Positions 1 through 13,553 of a DNA stretch of 64,000 nucleotides are shown one piece after another (position 1 is the stretch's first letter; every line of letters begins with the position of its first letter). The notes beneath the pieces were generated by a model. It ran no database searches. It saw only the letters and a list, made by a program, of their open reading frames with translations, and was not told the DNA's origin. The stretch lies in NCBI GenBank assembly GCA_965603825.1, contig CBFDEM010000051.1, positions 1 to 64,000 on the forward strand, written 5' to 3'. The position numbers and the translations under genes were made by a program. The stretch is from Blepharisma stoltei ATCC 30299. Taxonomy: Eukaryota > Protista > Ciliophora.

Positions 1-3000
1 AACACCCTAACACCCTAACGACCCTAACACCCAACACCCTAACACCCTAACACCCTAACACCCTAACACCCTAACACCCTAACACCCTAACACCCTAACA
101 CCCTAACACCCTAACACCCTAACACCCTAACACCCTAACACCCTAACACCCTAACACCCTAACACCCTAACACCCTAACACCCTAACACCCTAACACCCT
201 AACACCCTAACACCCTAACACCCTAACACCCTAACACCCTAACACCCTAACACCCTAACACCCTAACACCCTAACACCCTAACACCCCTAACACCCTAAC
301 ACCCTAACACCCTAACACCCTAACACCCTAACACCCTAACACCCTAACACCCTAACACCCTAACACCCTAACACCCTAACACCCTAACACCCTAACACCC
401 TAACACCCTAACACCCTAACACCCTAACACCCTAACACCCTAACACCCTAACACCCTAACACCCTAACACCCTAACACCCTAACACCCTAACACCCTAAC
501 ACCCTAACACCCTAACACCCTAACACCCTAACACCCTAACACCCTAACACCCTAACACCCTAACACCCTAACACCCTAACACCCTAACACCCTAACACCC
601 TAACACCCTAACACCCTAACACCCTAACACCCTAACACCCTAACACCCTAACACCCTAACACCCTAACACCCTAACACCCTAACACCCTAACACCCTAAC
701 ACCCTAACACCCTAACACCCTAACACCCTAACACCCTAACACCCTAACACCCTAACACCCTAACACCCTAACACCCTAACACCCTAACACCCTAACACCC
801 TAACACCCTAACACCCTAACACCCTAACACCCTAACACCCTAACACCCTAACACCCTAACACCCTAACACCCTAACACCCTAACACCCTAACACCCTAAC
901 ACCCTAACACCCTAACACCCTAACACCCTAACACCCTAACACCCTAACACCCTAACACCCTAACACCCTAACACCCTAACACCCTAACACCCTAACACCC
1001 TAACACCCTAACACCCTAACACCCTAACACCCTAACACCCTAACACCCTAACACCCTAACACCCTAACACCCTAACACCCTAACACCCTAACACCCTAAC
1101 ACCCTAACACCCTAACACCCTAACACCCTAACACCCTAACACCCTAACACCCTAACACCCTAACACCCTAACACCCTAACACCCTAACACCCTAACACCC
1201 TAACACCCTAACACCCTAACACCCTAACACCCTAACACCCTAACACCCTAACACCCTAACACCCTAACACCCTAACACCCTAACACCCTAACACCCTAAC
1301 ACCCTAACACCCTAACACCCTAACACCCTAACACCCTAACACCCTAACACCCTAACACCCTAACACCCTAACACCCTAACACCCTAACACCCTAACACCC
1401 TAACACCCTAACACCCTAACACCCTAACACCCTAACACCCTAACACCCTAACACCCTAACACCCTAACACCCTAACACCCTAACACCCTAACACCCTAAC
1501 ACCCTAACACCCTAACACCCTAACACCCTAACACCCTAACACCCTAACACCCTAACACCCTAACACCCTAACACCCTAACACCCTAACACCCTAACACCC
1601 TAACACCCTAACACCCTAACACCCTAACACCCTAACACCCTAACACCCTAACACCCTAACACCCTAACACCCTAACACCCTAACACCCTAACACCCTAAC
1701 ACCCTAACACCCTAACACCCTAACACCCTAACACCCTAACACCCTAACACCCTAACACCCTAACACCCTAACACCCTAACACCCTAACACCCTAACACCC
1801 TAACACCCTAACACCCTAACACCCTAACACCCTAACACCCTAACACCCTAACACCCTAACACCCTAACACCCTAACACCCTAACACCCTAACACCCTAAC
1901 ACCCTAACACCCTAACACCCTAACACCCTAACACCCTAACACCCTAACACCCTAACACCCTAACACCCTAACACCCTAACACCCTAACACCCTAACACCC
2001 TAACACCCTAACACCCTAACACCCTAACACCCTAACACCCTAACACCCTAACACCCTAACACCCTAACACCCTAACACCCTAACACCCTAACACCCTAAC
2101 ACCCTAACACCCTAACACCCTAACACCCTAACACCCTAACACCCTAACACCCTAACACCCTAACACCCTAACACCCTAACACCCTAACACCCTAACACCC
2201 TAACACCCTAACACCCTAACACCCTAACACCCTAACACCCTAACACCCTAACACCCTAACACCCTAACACCCTAACACCCTAACACCCTAACACCCTAAC
2301 ACCCTAACACCCTAACACCCTAACACCCTAACACCCTAACACCCTAACACCCTAACACCCTAACACCCTAACACCCTAACACCCTAACACCCTAACACCC
2401 TAACACCCTAACACCCTAACACCCTAACACCCTAACACCCTAACACCCTAACACCCTAACACCCTAACACCCTAACACCCTAACACCCTAACACCCTAAC
2501 ACCCTAACACCCTAACACCCTAACACCCTAACACCCTAACACCCTAACACCCTAACACCCTAACACCCTAACACCCTAACACCCTAACACCCTAACACCC
2601 TAACACCCTAACACCCTAACACCCTAACACCCTAACACCCTAACACCCTAACACCCTAACACCCTAACACCCTAACACCCTAACACCCTAACACCCTAAC
2701 ACCCTAACACCCTAACACCCTAACACCCTAACACCCTAACACCCTAACACCCTAACACCCTAACACCCTAACACCCTAACACCCTAACACCCTAACACCC
2801 TAACACCCTAACACCCTAACACCCTAACACCCTAACACCCTAACACCCTAACACCCTAACACCCTAACACCCTAACACCCTAACACCCTAACACCCTAAC
2901 ACCCTAACACCCTAACACCCTAACACCCTAACACCCTAACACCCTAACACCCTAACACCCTAACACCCTAACACCCTAACACCCTAACACCCTAACACCC

Positions 3001-4236
3001 TAACACCCTAACACCCTAACACCCTAACACCCTAACACCCTAACACCCTAACACCCTAACACCCTAACACCCTAACACCCTAACACCCTAACACCCTAAC
3101 ACCCTAACACCCTAACACCCTAACACCCTAACACCCTAACACCCTAACACCCTAACACCCTAACACCCTAACACCCTAACACCCTAACACCCTAACACCC
3201 TAACACCCTAACACCCTAACACCCTAACACCCTAACACCCTAACACCCTAACACCCTAACACCCTAACACCCTAACACCCTAACACCCTAACACCCTAAC
3301 ACCCTAACACCCTAACACCCTAACACCCTAACACCCTAACACCCTAACACCCTAACACCCTAACACCCTAACACCCTAACACCCTAACACCCTAACACCC
3401 TAACACCCTAACACCCTAACACCCTAACACCCTAACACCCTAACACCCTAACACCCTAACACCCTAACACCCTAACACCCTAACACCCTAACACCCTAAC
3501 ACCCTAACACCCTAACACCCTAACACCCTAACACCCTAACACCCTAACACCCTAACACCCTAACACCCTAACACCCTAACACCCTAACACCCTAACACCC
3601 TAACACCCTAACACCCTAACACCCTAACACCCTAACACCCTAACACCCTAACACCCTAACACCCTAACACCCTAACACCCTAACACCCTAACACCCTAAC
3701 ACCCTAACACCCTAACACCCTAACACCCTAACACCCTAACACCCTAACACCCTAACACCCTAACACCCTAACACCCTAACACCCTAACACCCTAACACCC
3801 TAACACCCTAACACCCTAACACCCTAACACCCTAACACCCTAACACCCTAACACCCTAACACCCTAACACCCTAACACCCTAACACCCTAACACCCTAAC
3901 ACCCTAACACCCTAACACCCTAACACCCTAACACCCTAACACCCTAACACCCTAACACCCTAACACCCTAACACCCTAACACCCTAACACCCTAACACCC
4001 TAACACCCTAACACCCTAACACCCTAACACCCTAACACCCTAACACCCTAACACCCTAACACCCTAACACCCTAACACCCTAACACCCTAACACCCTAAC
4101 ACCCTAACACCCTAACACCCTAACACCCTAACACCCTAACACCCTAACACCCTAACACCCTAACACCCTAACACCCTAACACCCTAACACCCTAACACCC
4201 TAACACCCTAACACCCTAACACCCTAACACCCTAAC
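1..4236 (+). repeat. Telomeric repeat array (CCCTAACA)n, about 529 units; left chromosome end
   Basis: Near-perfect 8-bp tandem repeat from base 1 to ...CCCTAAC at 4236, then AT-rich unique sequence. Only three variants seen (near 20, 32, 288). CCCTAACA is the known heterotrich (Stentor/Blepharisma) telomere unit. Confidence 0.99.
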
Positions 4237-4303
4237 TAATTTACTTTATTAAAGATCAATTTTTACAAATGTAGACTTTTATTTGAGTTGCAATAATAAA
4301 ATA

Positions 4304-4970
4304 ATGGCAAACTAACCTTAAGAAATAACTCAGCTGAGCTAGAGATGGATTCCAGAGCAGCTTGCTCAGCGCCTCAAATAAATCCTAGTCTTTATGACCC
4401 ACCACTAATGCTAGCTTGCCAAGATTATCTTAATGCTTGCCAGCACGGAACATCTCTTAACAAAAAAACTAATTTAATTATCTATACACTGAAACTGAAA
4501 CCCAAGAAGTCAAAACCTTGCAGACTCCACAACCACTAGACTCAAGAACTTGCATAGCTCAACTTTCAATTTTAAGCTTTTCCGTTTTGGTAATCAATGA
4601 CTTTCTAAAATTACAGTTCTAATTGATAAAAATGGTAGAGTCGAAGTGCTGCCATCTGGAACTCTGTGTAGATTCTCATCATGCATCTATTTCAACAACA
4701 GCGTCTATTGCTATGGAGGTTATAAAAAGGTATTTTGACTCTATCTAGTAGATTTGATTTGATTCGAAGTCAATGAATTCAATTAATTCCAATGCCAAAA
4801 GCTGACTGTTATGCCATAGTATAATGTTTAATAAAAATATTTTGATTTCTGGAAGGAATAGTAGAAATTTTTTGTTATACTCAATTGATATTGACTCTTT
4901 CTCGATAATTCCTCATGAGTTTACAGAAACAAGAAAGATCCTGATAAATGCAAAGAGGATGTATTTGCTA
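4304..4970 (+). pseudogene. Degenerate copy of the Kelch-like gene at 5055-5984
   Basis: Collinear DNA similarity to 5055+ (ATGGCA..CTAACCTTAAGAAATAA.TCAGCTGAG, TATGACCCACCACTAATG, CCACTAGACTCAAG). It has a 1-nt deletion just after the ATG, a ~27-bp deletion, further frameshifts and a truncated 3' end. Confidence 0.88.
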
Positions 4971-5054
4971 TTGTGGAAAAAATATTATGAATTTACTTGA
5001 GTATAATTTGACTAAAAAATTTAGAAATTTACTTTGTGTTGAATAATAGACGTA

Positions 5055-5984
5055 ATGGCAGACCTAACCTTAAGAAATAAATCAGCTGAGATTTTGAGCA
5101 GACCAAAAAATCCAGAACTAGAGATGGATTTCAGAGCAACTTGCTCAACGAGTCAAATCAATCTTAGTCTTTATGACCCACCACTAATGCAAACTTGCCA
5201 AGATTATCTTAATGCTTGTCAACAAGGAGCATCTCTTTATAATCTTAGAGAAGATAACAGAAGAACTGATTTAATTATTTATAACACTGAAACTGAGACC
5301 CAAGAAGTCAAAACCTTGCAGTCTCCAAAACCACTAGACTCAAGCACTTGCATAACTCAACTTCCAAATGGCAAGCTATTCTGTTTTGGTAATTTTATAC
5401 ATTCTGGAATTACAGTGCTAATTGATGCAAATGGTGGAGTCGAAGTGCTGCTGTCTGGAACTCCTTGTGCATGATCATCATGCATTTATTTCAACAAAAG
5501 TGTCTATTGTTTTGGAGGATATAGTAACAGAAGCTTATGTACTCTATCTAGTAGATTTGATTTAGATCAGAATCGATGAATTAAATTAACTCCAATGCCA
5601 AAAGCTGATGCCCAGTGCAATAGTATAATATTTAATGGAAATATTTTGATTTCTGGATTAAGAAATAAAAATCTTTTGTTATACTCAATCGATATTGACT
5701 CTTTCTCGACAATTCCTTATGAGTTTGCAAAAGGGAAAAGAAAGATCCTGATAAATGCAGGTAGACTTTATTTGATTGAATGCGAAGAAGGAGTTATCTA
5801 TGAAAGTGAAATTGGAAGTTACACGAATTGGAGACCAGCAGAATGAAGATCAACAATCAATTTCTATACTTCTCAAGTGTATTGTTCATATAATGAAGGA
5901 TTTATATACATTGGAATGGAGGGATCTGACTACTTCAAGTTTGACTTGAATGAAAAGAGCTTAATTGCATTAAAAAAGTCATAA
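5055..5984 (+). CDS. Kelch-like beta-propeller protein, 309 aa (3 TGA=Trp)
   Basis: ORFs 5055 and 5595 are one frame joined by TGA codons and end at TAA 5982-5984. Kelch-like motifs: LPNGKLFCFG, SVYCFGG, RFDLDQNR(W), NGNILISG. Paralogous to the middle of the 6668 gene. Confidence 0.8.
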
Positions 5985-6667
5985 AATAATTATTAAAAGT
6001 GAAGTGAATATCGCTGCTCATCTTTTAGCATTTTTCGTTATACCTATAATTGGCTTGGTGAATTTCATTATGAGTTTCATATAAATTCATCATCTCTTGT
6101 TCATTTTCTGCCTAAGAGCAAGCATTGATTAATTTTGTTTTTAAGTCACCATATATTTTTTAAGGATCTTCAATCCCTTGAAAAGTTTCAAAATTTTGCT
6201 CGTAGTCTTGCTTTAGGCTCTTCAGTAATTCTTCAATAGAGTTGATTTCTATAATTTTCTATGTAATTCTTTAATCAAATCATCACTTCATGCTCTCTTA
6301 ATGGGCTTCATATATGAATTATATAGCCAGTAGCTCTTAAAGTGGGTTAAAAGCAAAGAAGGTGAATTTAATCTTATCTCAAAAATCCACATAACTATAC
6401 AAGGAGATCTTGAGTGGTGCGAACTTTATATTAGATCTATATATTAATACACAACTAATTCATATGACGAGAATAAACTTATTATGTTTGATTCTGGGAC
6501 TAATTTAGAAATAATGATCAAGCTCAAAATTGTGCTCGATTTTATAAATTCACTTGCATTATTCCAATTTGCAACTATGAAATATTTTATAAGAGTGATC
6601 TTAATTGTCATGCTTGCAACTTTAAAATACAAAAAGTTTTAAAAATCATCCATTTAATAATTATTGT

Positions 6668-9352
6668 ATGATGGCAAAGAAATGTTTCGAGTCAGAATGC
6701 ACGAATGAGGTTGAGTATTCATGCACATGCTCTTCTCCTAAGACTTTATCTTGTGAAGTACACATTGGGGAGCATGTAAGCTTTCCTGATAGAGCCCATA
6801 ACATTGAATCAATGTTTATCCAGCCTTGTGAAGGGACAAAAGAAGCAATTCTTGAATTCCTTACAATGGAAAATTCAAAATACAGCGAGCTGAGAAGAAA
6901 AATTATAGATTCCCTTAGCAAGTGCCCATTTAATTTAAAGAGAAATTTAAGAGATTTCAGAAAAAAATTGAATGATTGCTCAGATGAAATAAATGATTTC
7001 TTTGCAAAAATTTTCCAAGTTAAAACAATATCAAAGTTAGAGCAAGATCCAATATTAGAATTATTGGTTTTACCGCCTGGAGAAGCTGTTGAGAAAGTAA
7101 AATCGATTACTATAGCTATGAAGGATAGATACAACAGTGCAAAATTCTTTTATCTAATTATTGAAAAGTTATTGAACTTAAATAGATCCTTTGTTAAAGA
7201 AAAATGCGATGCAAATCGAGAAAATATTAATATGCAAAATGCTCCAGAAGTGCATAATAAAACTATAGAGTCAGCAAACGTTAAGGATTCAATTTCCTTG
7301 ATAATAAATGAGAGCAGTGAGCCTGAAAACGTAAGCAAGCCAATTAAAAAAAGCCTAGAAAACGAGACGAACTTGCTTAATTCTCATATAAGTACTATTT
7401 CTAATGATCTCAATAAACTCAAGGAAACAGAAAGCGCTTTAAAAGTCATAGACACCTTAAGAAATAAAACTGCTGAGATTTTGAGTAGACCAAACAATCC
7501 AGAATTCGATATAGATTTCAGAACGACCTGCTCAGCAATTCAGACCAATTCTAGTTTTTATGATCCACCACTAATGGAAGCTTACCAAGATTATCTTAAA
7601 GCTTATCAACAAAGAACATCTCTTTATAATATTAAATGAGATTATGTAAACAAGAGAACTGGTTTGCATATTTATAACACTGAAACTGAAACACAAGAAG
7701 ACATCAAAACCTTGCAGACTCCAGAACCACTAGACTCAAAAACTTGCATAACTCATCTTCCAAATGGCAAGTTATTCTGTTTTGGTAATAAGCCACGTTC
7801 TGGAAGAACATTGCTGATTGATGTAAATGGTGGAATCGAAAAATTACCATCTGGAACTCCTTGCTATTGATCATCATGTACCTATTTCAAAAACAGCGTC
7901 TACTGCTTTGGAGGATATGTCCACAATGATAATGATAAGGAGAGTAATAAATTAGGTGATTGTGATGTTGAGGCTTTACATTTATCTAATAGATTTGATT
8001 TGGATCAAAATCGATGAATTGAATTAATTCCAATGCCACAAGCAGATTACTTGTGCAGTAGCATAACATTTAATGGAAATATTTTGATTTCTGGACATTG
8101 ATATAGAAATCTTTTGCTATATTCAATTGATATTGACTCTTTCTCAACAATTCCTTGTAAGTTTGCAAAACGGAAAAGAAAGATCCTGATAAATGTAGAA
8201 AGATTATATTTGATTGAATGCAGTGGATCAATCTATGAAAGCGAAATTGGAAGTTACTCGAATTGGAGACGAATAGGAAAATCAGCAATCAATAGCGATC
8301 CTGTGCAAGTATATTGTTCGTATAATAAAGGAGGAATATACATCTCAACTATTCCCGCCTCTGATTATCATTCGGCCAGAGAATATTATTATTTTAATTT
8401 AGATCAAAAAATTATTATTGATGTCGCTTACTATAATGAGCCTGTCTCACTTAGAAGAGTAGGCCAAAAGATTGAAGCAATAAAATGAAATAACCAGAAT
8501 TTTAATCTCGATCCTTCTCTTCTGGATGAATGAAATCTAAAAGGCAAAGCTCTAAACACTTTAGGAGAAAATCTAAAAGCAATCGAATACTATGACGAAG
8601 CAATCAAACTCAATCCAAAAGAAGTTTATTTATACCTGAATAAAGGCTACACTTTTTGTCATTTGGAAAGATATTTAGAAGCAATCGAATGCTATGACGA
8701 AGCAATCAAACTCAATCCAAAAGATGATTGTTTATACAATATTAAAGGCAATGCTTTTTATGCCTTGAAAAGATATCTAGAAGCAATCGAATGCTATGAC
8801 GAAGCAATCAAACTCAATCCAAAAGCTGCTTATTTATACAATATTAAAGGCAGTGCTTTTTATGCCTTGAAAAGATATCTAGAAGCAATTGAATGCTATG
8901 ACGAAGCAATCAAACTCGATCCAGACGATGCTGGTTTTCACTATTTTAGAGGTAATGCTTTAAATGAATTAAGAAGATATCCAGAAGTAGTAGAAAGCGT
9001 TGACAAAGCAATCAAAATCAATCCAAATAGTGCCAGATTTTATAATCGTAAAGGCAATGCTCTTTATGCTTTATAGAGATATCAAGAAGTAATACAATGC
9101 TATGACAAGGCAATCAAACTTAAACCCAATAATCCTTTGTATTTCTGCCACCGAGCTAGAGCATTTAATAATCTCAGACAAGAAGAAGCAGCTTTGCAGG
9201 ACTTTAATACGGCTTATAATTTAAGGGAAGAAAATCAAATCAATGGTGTTTTCACTGGGGATGAATGGAAACTTTCTGAAAAAGCTATCAATTTTATTGA
9301 CGACGTATTAGGCCGAGACCGTATTGAACTACTCCAAAAAATGCAGATTTAG
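6668..9352 (+). CDS. B-box-like Zn finger / coiled coil / Kelch-like / TPR protein; in-frame TAG at 9074-9076 (802 aa to that TAG, 894 aa if read through)
   Basis: ORFs 6668, 7664, 8114, 8663 and 9137 are all one frame, separated by six TGA and one TAG. N-terminal CxxxxC..CxC..CxxH...H, Kelch motifs (VYCFGG), and 34-aa TPRs (EAIECYDEAIKLNP). Confidence 0.85.
8579..8986 (+). repeat. 102-bp tandem repeats encoding TPR units
   Basis: GCAAT(C/T)GAAT(G/A)CTATGACGAAGCAATCAAACTC recurs at 8579, 8681, 8783 and 8885, an exact 102-bp period with near-identical DNA. Confidence 0.93.
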
Positions 9353-9391
9353 AATAAAATTTGGTTTTAATAAGAAGTCATTATAATAATT

Positions 9392-9613
9392 GCATATGCA
9401 TGCCTGTGGGCCTCTCCTTTAACTTTAACCTGTGAACTGCACTTCGGGAAACATTTCAAGCTTTCTGATAAGGTTTATACCATTGAAAGAATTTTTTTAA
9501 AGCCGTTTAAAGGGACAAAAAAACAATTCTTAGAATTTTTGCAAAAGAGTAGTTTAAAAAATAGCAAGCTGAAGGAAAAAGTCCTAGCATCCTTTCGCCA
9601 AGAACGGCGCTAA
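9392..9613 (+). pseudogene. Relic N-terminal fragment of the 6668 gene family
   Basis: Translates AYACLWASPLTLTCELHFGKHFKLSDKVYTIERIFLKPFKGTKKQFLEFL, which aligns to EYSCTCSSPKTLSCEVHIGEHVSFPDRAHNIESMFIQPCEGTKEAILEFL of the 6668 gene. No ATG; TAA at 9611. Confidence 0.8.
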
Positions 9614-10502
9614 AGAGCTTTAGGTATCTGTTTTAGATGAACTAGGCTTGCAGCTTATTTGAAATCTTTTATATATCGGCATCTTCAGGAACATGAGAGC
9701 TAATAAACTGTTACTGCTGTAAAGTTCTGATAGCATCATTAACATGATGATTTTTCAAGTAATCATCATCTTTTATATTTAACTTGGTATTAATATTTTG
9801 CTTGAAAACCCTAATTCTGAGATAATTCATATTACTATAATTATTTTTTAATTTTAAAGATAAAATAAGATTTTCTTGAAGAGATTTTATTAGAATTTAC
9901 CTCTCTATTTAATTTTTAGCTCTAATTCATCTTTAATAAGTTTACTTGTGTTCTTTATTTCCTTAAGTACTTCCATTATTCGCTTTTTTTTAATATCAAG
10001 TATTTCTCTTTTTAATAAGTGAGCCATAGCATATATCTCACTCTCTATAATTATTAATAAGGTGGAGGTGACTAATTTACCACTGGATGCAATTTTCTAC
10101 CATATACATGGGCAAAGGTTTTTACTGAGTCTCAAAGTAGTTAATCTTTAGGGTACTATGATTTACCTAAAGATCTTTATAAAAAAGATAGGGCCAGCAA
10201 TAATTCTAATGATGCCAAAGGTGTCCGAGCCTATAGGCCATAAAAATCAAGAAATATAACGTTCAGATGTTGGCCTTTTCTACTTTACCACCGGTAAGCA
10301 TTGGCAATTAACCAATTAATATCCCAGATTATGAGCTCTATCAAAAAATTTAATCTATATATCTGTTTCCTTTTATTTTATTTAATTTTCAAATGGCGAG
10401 AAAGATTTATCGATAATCGATTTTTTATATTTCTATAATATAAACGGTTATTTATAATAAATTAGAAGCAAAACATAAACTAAAGAAATGTATATGCTTT
10501 TA

Positions 10503-13500
10503 TTATCTCATTCGTGGTACCGACTTCGAATCATTTGTTTTGATGTTTGATAGCATTTTATTCAGACTTGGACGATACTGCGATTGGCCTAATTTTATGG
10601 ATGGCTTTGATATTTCTTTGAGCAACTGCTCTCTTCTTTCTGGATATGTTTGATCTCCATATAAGACATTTCTTACAGATGGCTTATTAAGAAAACTTTT
10701 TTTCAAAATAGTTTTCGAAGCACTGTCTTGAGCAAGCTCATTAATTTCTTGGCAATATTCAGCCAATCTCGATTGGAGTGAAAAAGTGTCAGGCTGGGTC
10801 AAAATTTTTGCACTTGAGCCTGATTTTTCGTTGCTTTTCAAGGCAATATTTACATGAGGCTGTGATTGCATTTCTTCACTGTTGGTTCCTGTTCTATCTG
10901 TAAGTGATTCAGGGGATAAACCTTTAAATTGAAATTCAGCAATATTCATTCTTGGCTTGAGCTTATTTTCTGTGTTATTAGAAAAGCCGCTCTTTGAGTT
11001 CCTTCGAGGTGGCGTTTTGCTGTGACTTTGCAGACTTTCTCGTAACGGCCCCTTAATAGAGCTGAAGACGCTTGGTGTTGGCTCCTGACTTGAAGAGAAT
11101 ATTGGACTTTCATTTGATTTTATTGGGCTGGGACTAATTCTTTGCAAAGGCTTAATATTGCTAAGCCTATTCAAATAGTTCTGCTGATAATTATTTCTCT
11201 CTATAACAGGAGATTTCGGGGTTTCTCTCTTTTCTGTTGACGAATTTTTAGAAGAATTATTATCTTGATGCCTTTTCGATGGAACAGGAGAGCCAATAGC
11301 TTTTCTCTTTTCACTGGAAATATATTTCTTTTGATGAAGTCTATCTGTTGAAGCCGATGAATTTTGTGTATTTTCAGAGTTAGTATTTTCTAAGATAAGT
11401 TTCTCTGTATTCAATTTCGGTATTGCATTTTCCAATAATTTGATTGTAGGATTAATCTCAAGTCTTTTAGCAGGGGCTGGAGAAATGCTCTTTTGAGAAC
11501 TTGCTTGTAGTTTACTTGAAGCAGAAGTTTGAATTTTTTTGGGGGTTTGAATGAATAATTTTGTGTATTTATCTGTTTTTAAGAGTTTTTTCTGGTTCAA
11601 TTCATTTGCTGCACTTGCTAATGGAGAAGCACTATCTCGAGATGGTCTCGTTATTTTAGATCTCAATGGCGATGATAATTGCTTTTCAGGTATCAAGTGC
11701 ACCGAAGTTTTTGAATCTTCCAGCTTTTGTGTGTCTTCATTTGTCCTTGAAGTTTTTTGCATTGTAGATGGAGAGCTTAAATTAGGAGGAACTGATTTAA
11801 TAGCAGAATTTTTGGTTGTATGAATTGTTTCACTACTTTTCGATGCTAATACGCTGTCATGCGTTTTCTTTACCATTTTCGGAGAGATTGATTTTACCGC
11901 TAAAGTTTTGTCTTGCTTTGTAAGAGATCTTATTATCTTTGGCCTACTTGCATTAAGTAGCGAGCCTTCCAAATCATTTTTAAAGGATGATTCATCTTTT
12001 AAAGGACTGGGACATTCTTCCTTGGAATTTTCTTTTAAAATAATTGGGGCTTGCAATTTAGATAATGGAGAAGCAATTTCTGTGGCAAAATTGCTGGCAA
12101 AGGAAGGAATTTCTGAAATTTCGTTAGTGATATTTATCGCTGCTTCTAAATCAGTAGAAGGAAAATTTGCTTTCAAATCTTGCTGGGTCTCCACAGATTC
12201 ATGAACTTCACTTTTAGAATCTGAAGCTTCAAGAATTTCTTTCTGACTATTTTTAATATCAGCTTTTTCAGAACTGCTAAAAGGGAAGTAATTACCCTCG
12301 CTTTTTTGGTTTTCTTCTTTAAGATTATTTGAGATTTGAGAATCTGCTTCATTTACCTTTGGAATATCAAACCCATTGAGATTTGGGTACAGATTTGAAA
12401 TTGCCGTGGACGATTGAAGAAAATTTATTGGTGATTTTCTGATTAAATTGGAATATGCTAAATCTATGTCGTGAATTTCTCCAATTTCTTCAACCTTTAG
12501 GACTAACTTTTCCTCTTTATTAGGCTTTATTTCATCATGGATATTTATGATTTCTATCAAAGATTCTAAGACAGATGCTTCATTTGACTTTTCCATAAGA
12601 CTTTCATGCATTGGGACAGCGTCTTCATAAAAGCTTTTAGTGATATCAAGGGTTTGGCTCCTGATTGTGTTTGAGAGGTCTTTATTTGCAGAGAAGCTGC
12701 TATCTGCAGATCTATCATCATTAATTCAAGTTCTTTCCAATACTCTTTCCGTATATACTTCTATTTCTCCTGGATTGGTCATATAAGACTTATCAGCAGA
12801 TGTATATACTGATAGATCTTGATGAGCAGTTCTATAAACTTTCGAGCTTTCATCTGGCAGCTCCTCTTCCAGAAAAGATCTTTTAGGAGGAGGAGTCAAG
12901 CTTCTTTGTTTTTCCTGAAGTATGCTAGTTTCAACTGCTTCTTCTATTTCAAAAGATATGACCTCGTTGGTTATATTTGAGTTCTCAAGCTTGATCATCC
13001 CACTATTTGCTTCAAAAGCGTCTGCACCTTCCAGAGAGAATGAAGGAATGCGATTATGCGCAGTCAAAATTGGTTTTTCTGGGCAAGTTTCAGTTAGCTT
13101 AGGAGGAGCCTGGCTTTTGCTTCGAGTTCTTGTCCTCGCATGGCCGAATTTCTTTCGCAAGTCAGGGTCAGTTGGCACGAATAGCGATTTTATTACCTTG
13201 CATCAGTCGTCGTGAGATTTTTTCGTTTCTGCATATAAGATGTAAATTCGTTCAATTGTGTCAATTTCAAACGGAAAATTCCAATCACATCTGTCTTTTG
13301 GCTTTGGGCTTGGATCAAAGCCAATAATCTCCCTAATCTTATACGACTTCTCAGCAGTTGCTTTTGAATGATTGTCAGTATAATAAAATAAACCATGGAT
13401 TAAATCAAGCACAAACCATCGTTTTGTGAAGTTTGAGACAAACCAAGTCACTTTCGGGTCTTGCTTTAGCTTTTTTAAATAGCTCTGCACAATCTTCGGG

Positions 13501-13553
13501 CCCTAATTTTTTCTTACTTTGTAATTGGGATCAACATTAAAACATTCAGTCAT
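10503..13553 (-). CDS. PH-domain protein with long S/K/P-rich disordered tail, ~1011 aa; exons 13553-13518 and 13502-10503
   Basis: ATG 13553, one 15-nt intron, then a PH domain (SYLKK..FTKRWFVL..FEI..RIY.LYAET....(W)). The terminal PH Trp is TGA 13203-5. ORFs 13490, 13178 and 12611 join in one frame to TAA 10503. Confidence 0.85.
13503..13517 (-). other. 15-nt spliceosomal intron GTAAGAAAAAATTAG
   Basis: GT..TAG with A at position 10. Removing it deletes an in-frame TAG and links ATG 13553 to the PH domain. Confidence 0.88.

Noticed and set aside
11-290. Telomere variant units as a biological signal
   Set aside because: Three isolated single-base indels at the distal, probably low-coverage end fit long-read error.
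1-4236. Repeat array as CRISPR or satellite
   Set aside because: It has no spacers; it is a pure 8-bp terminal repeat matching the heterotrich telomere.
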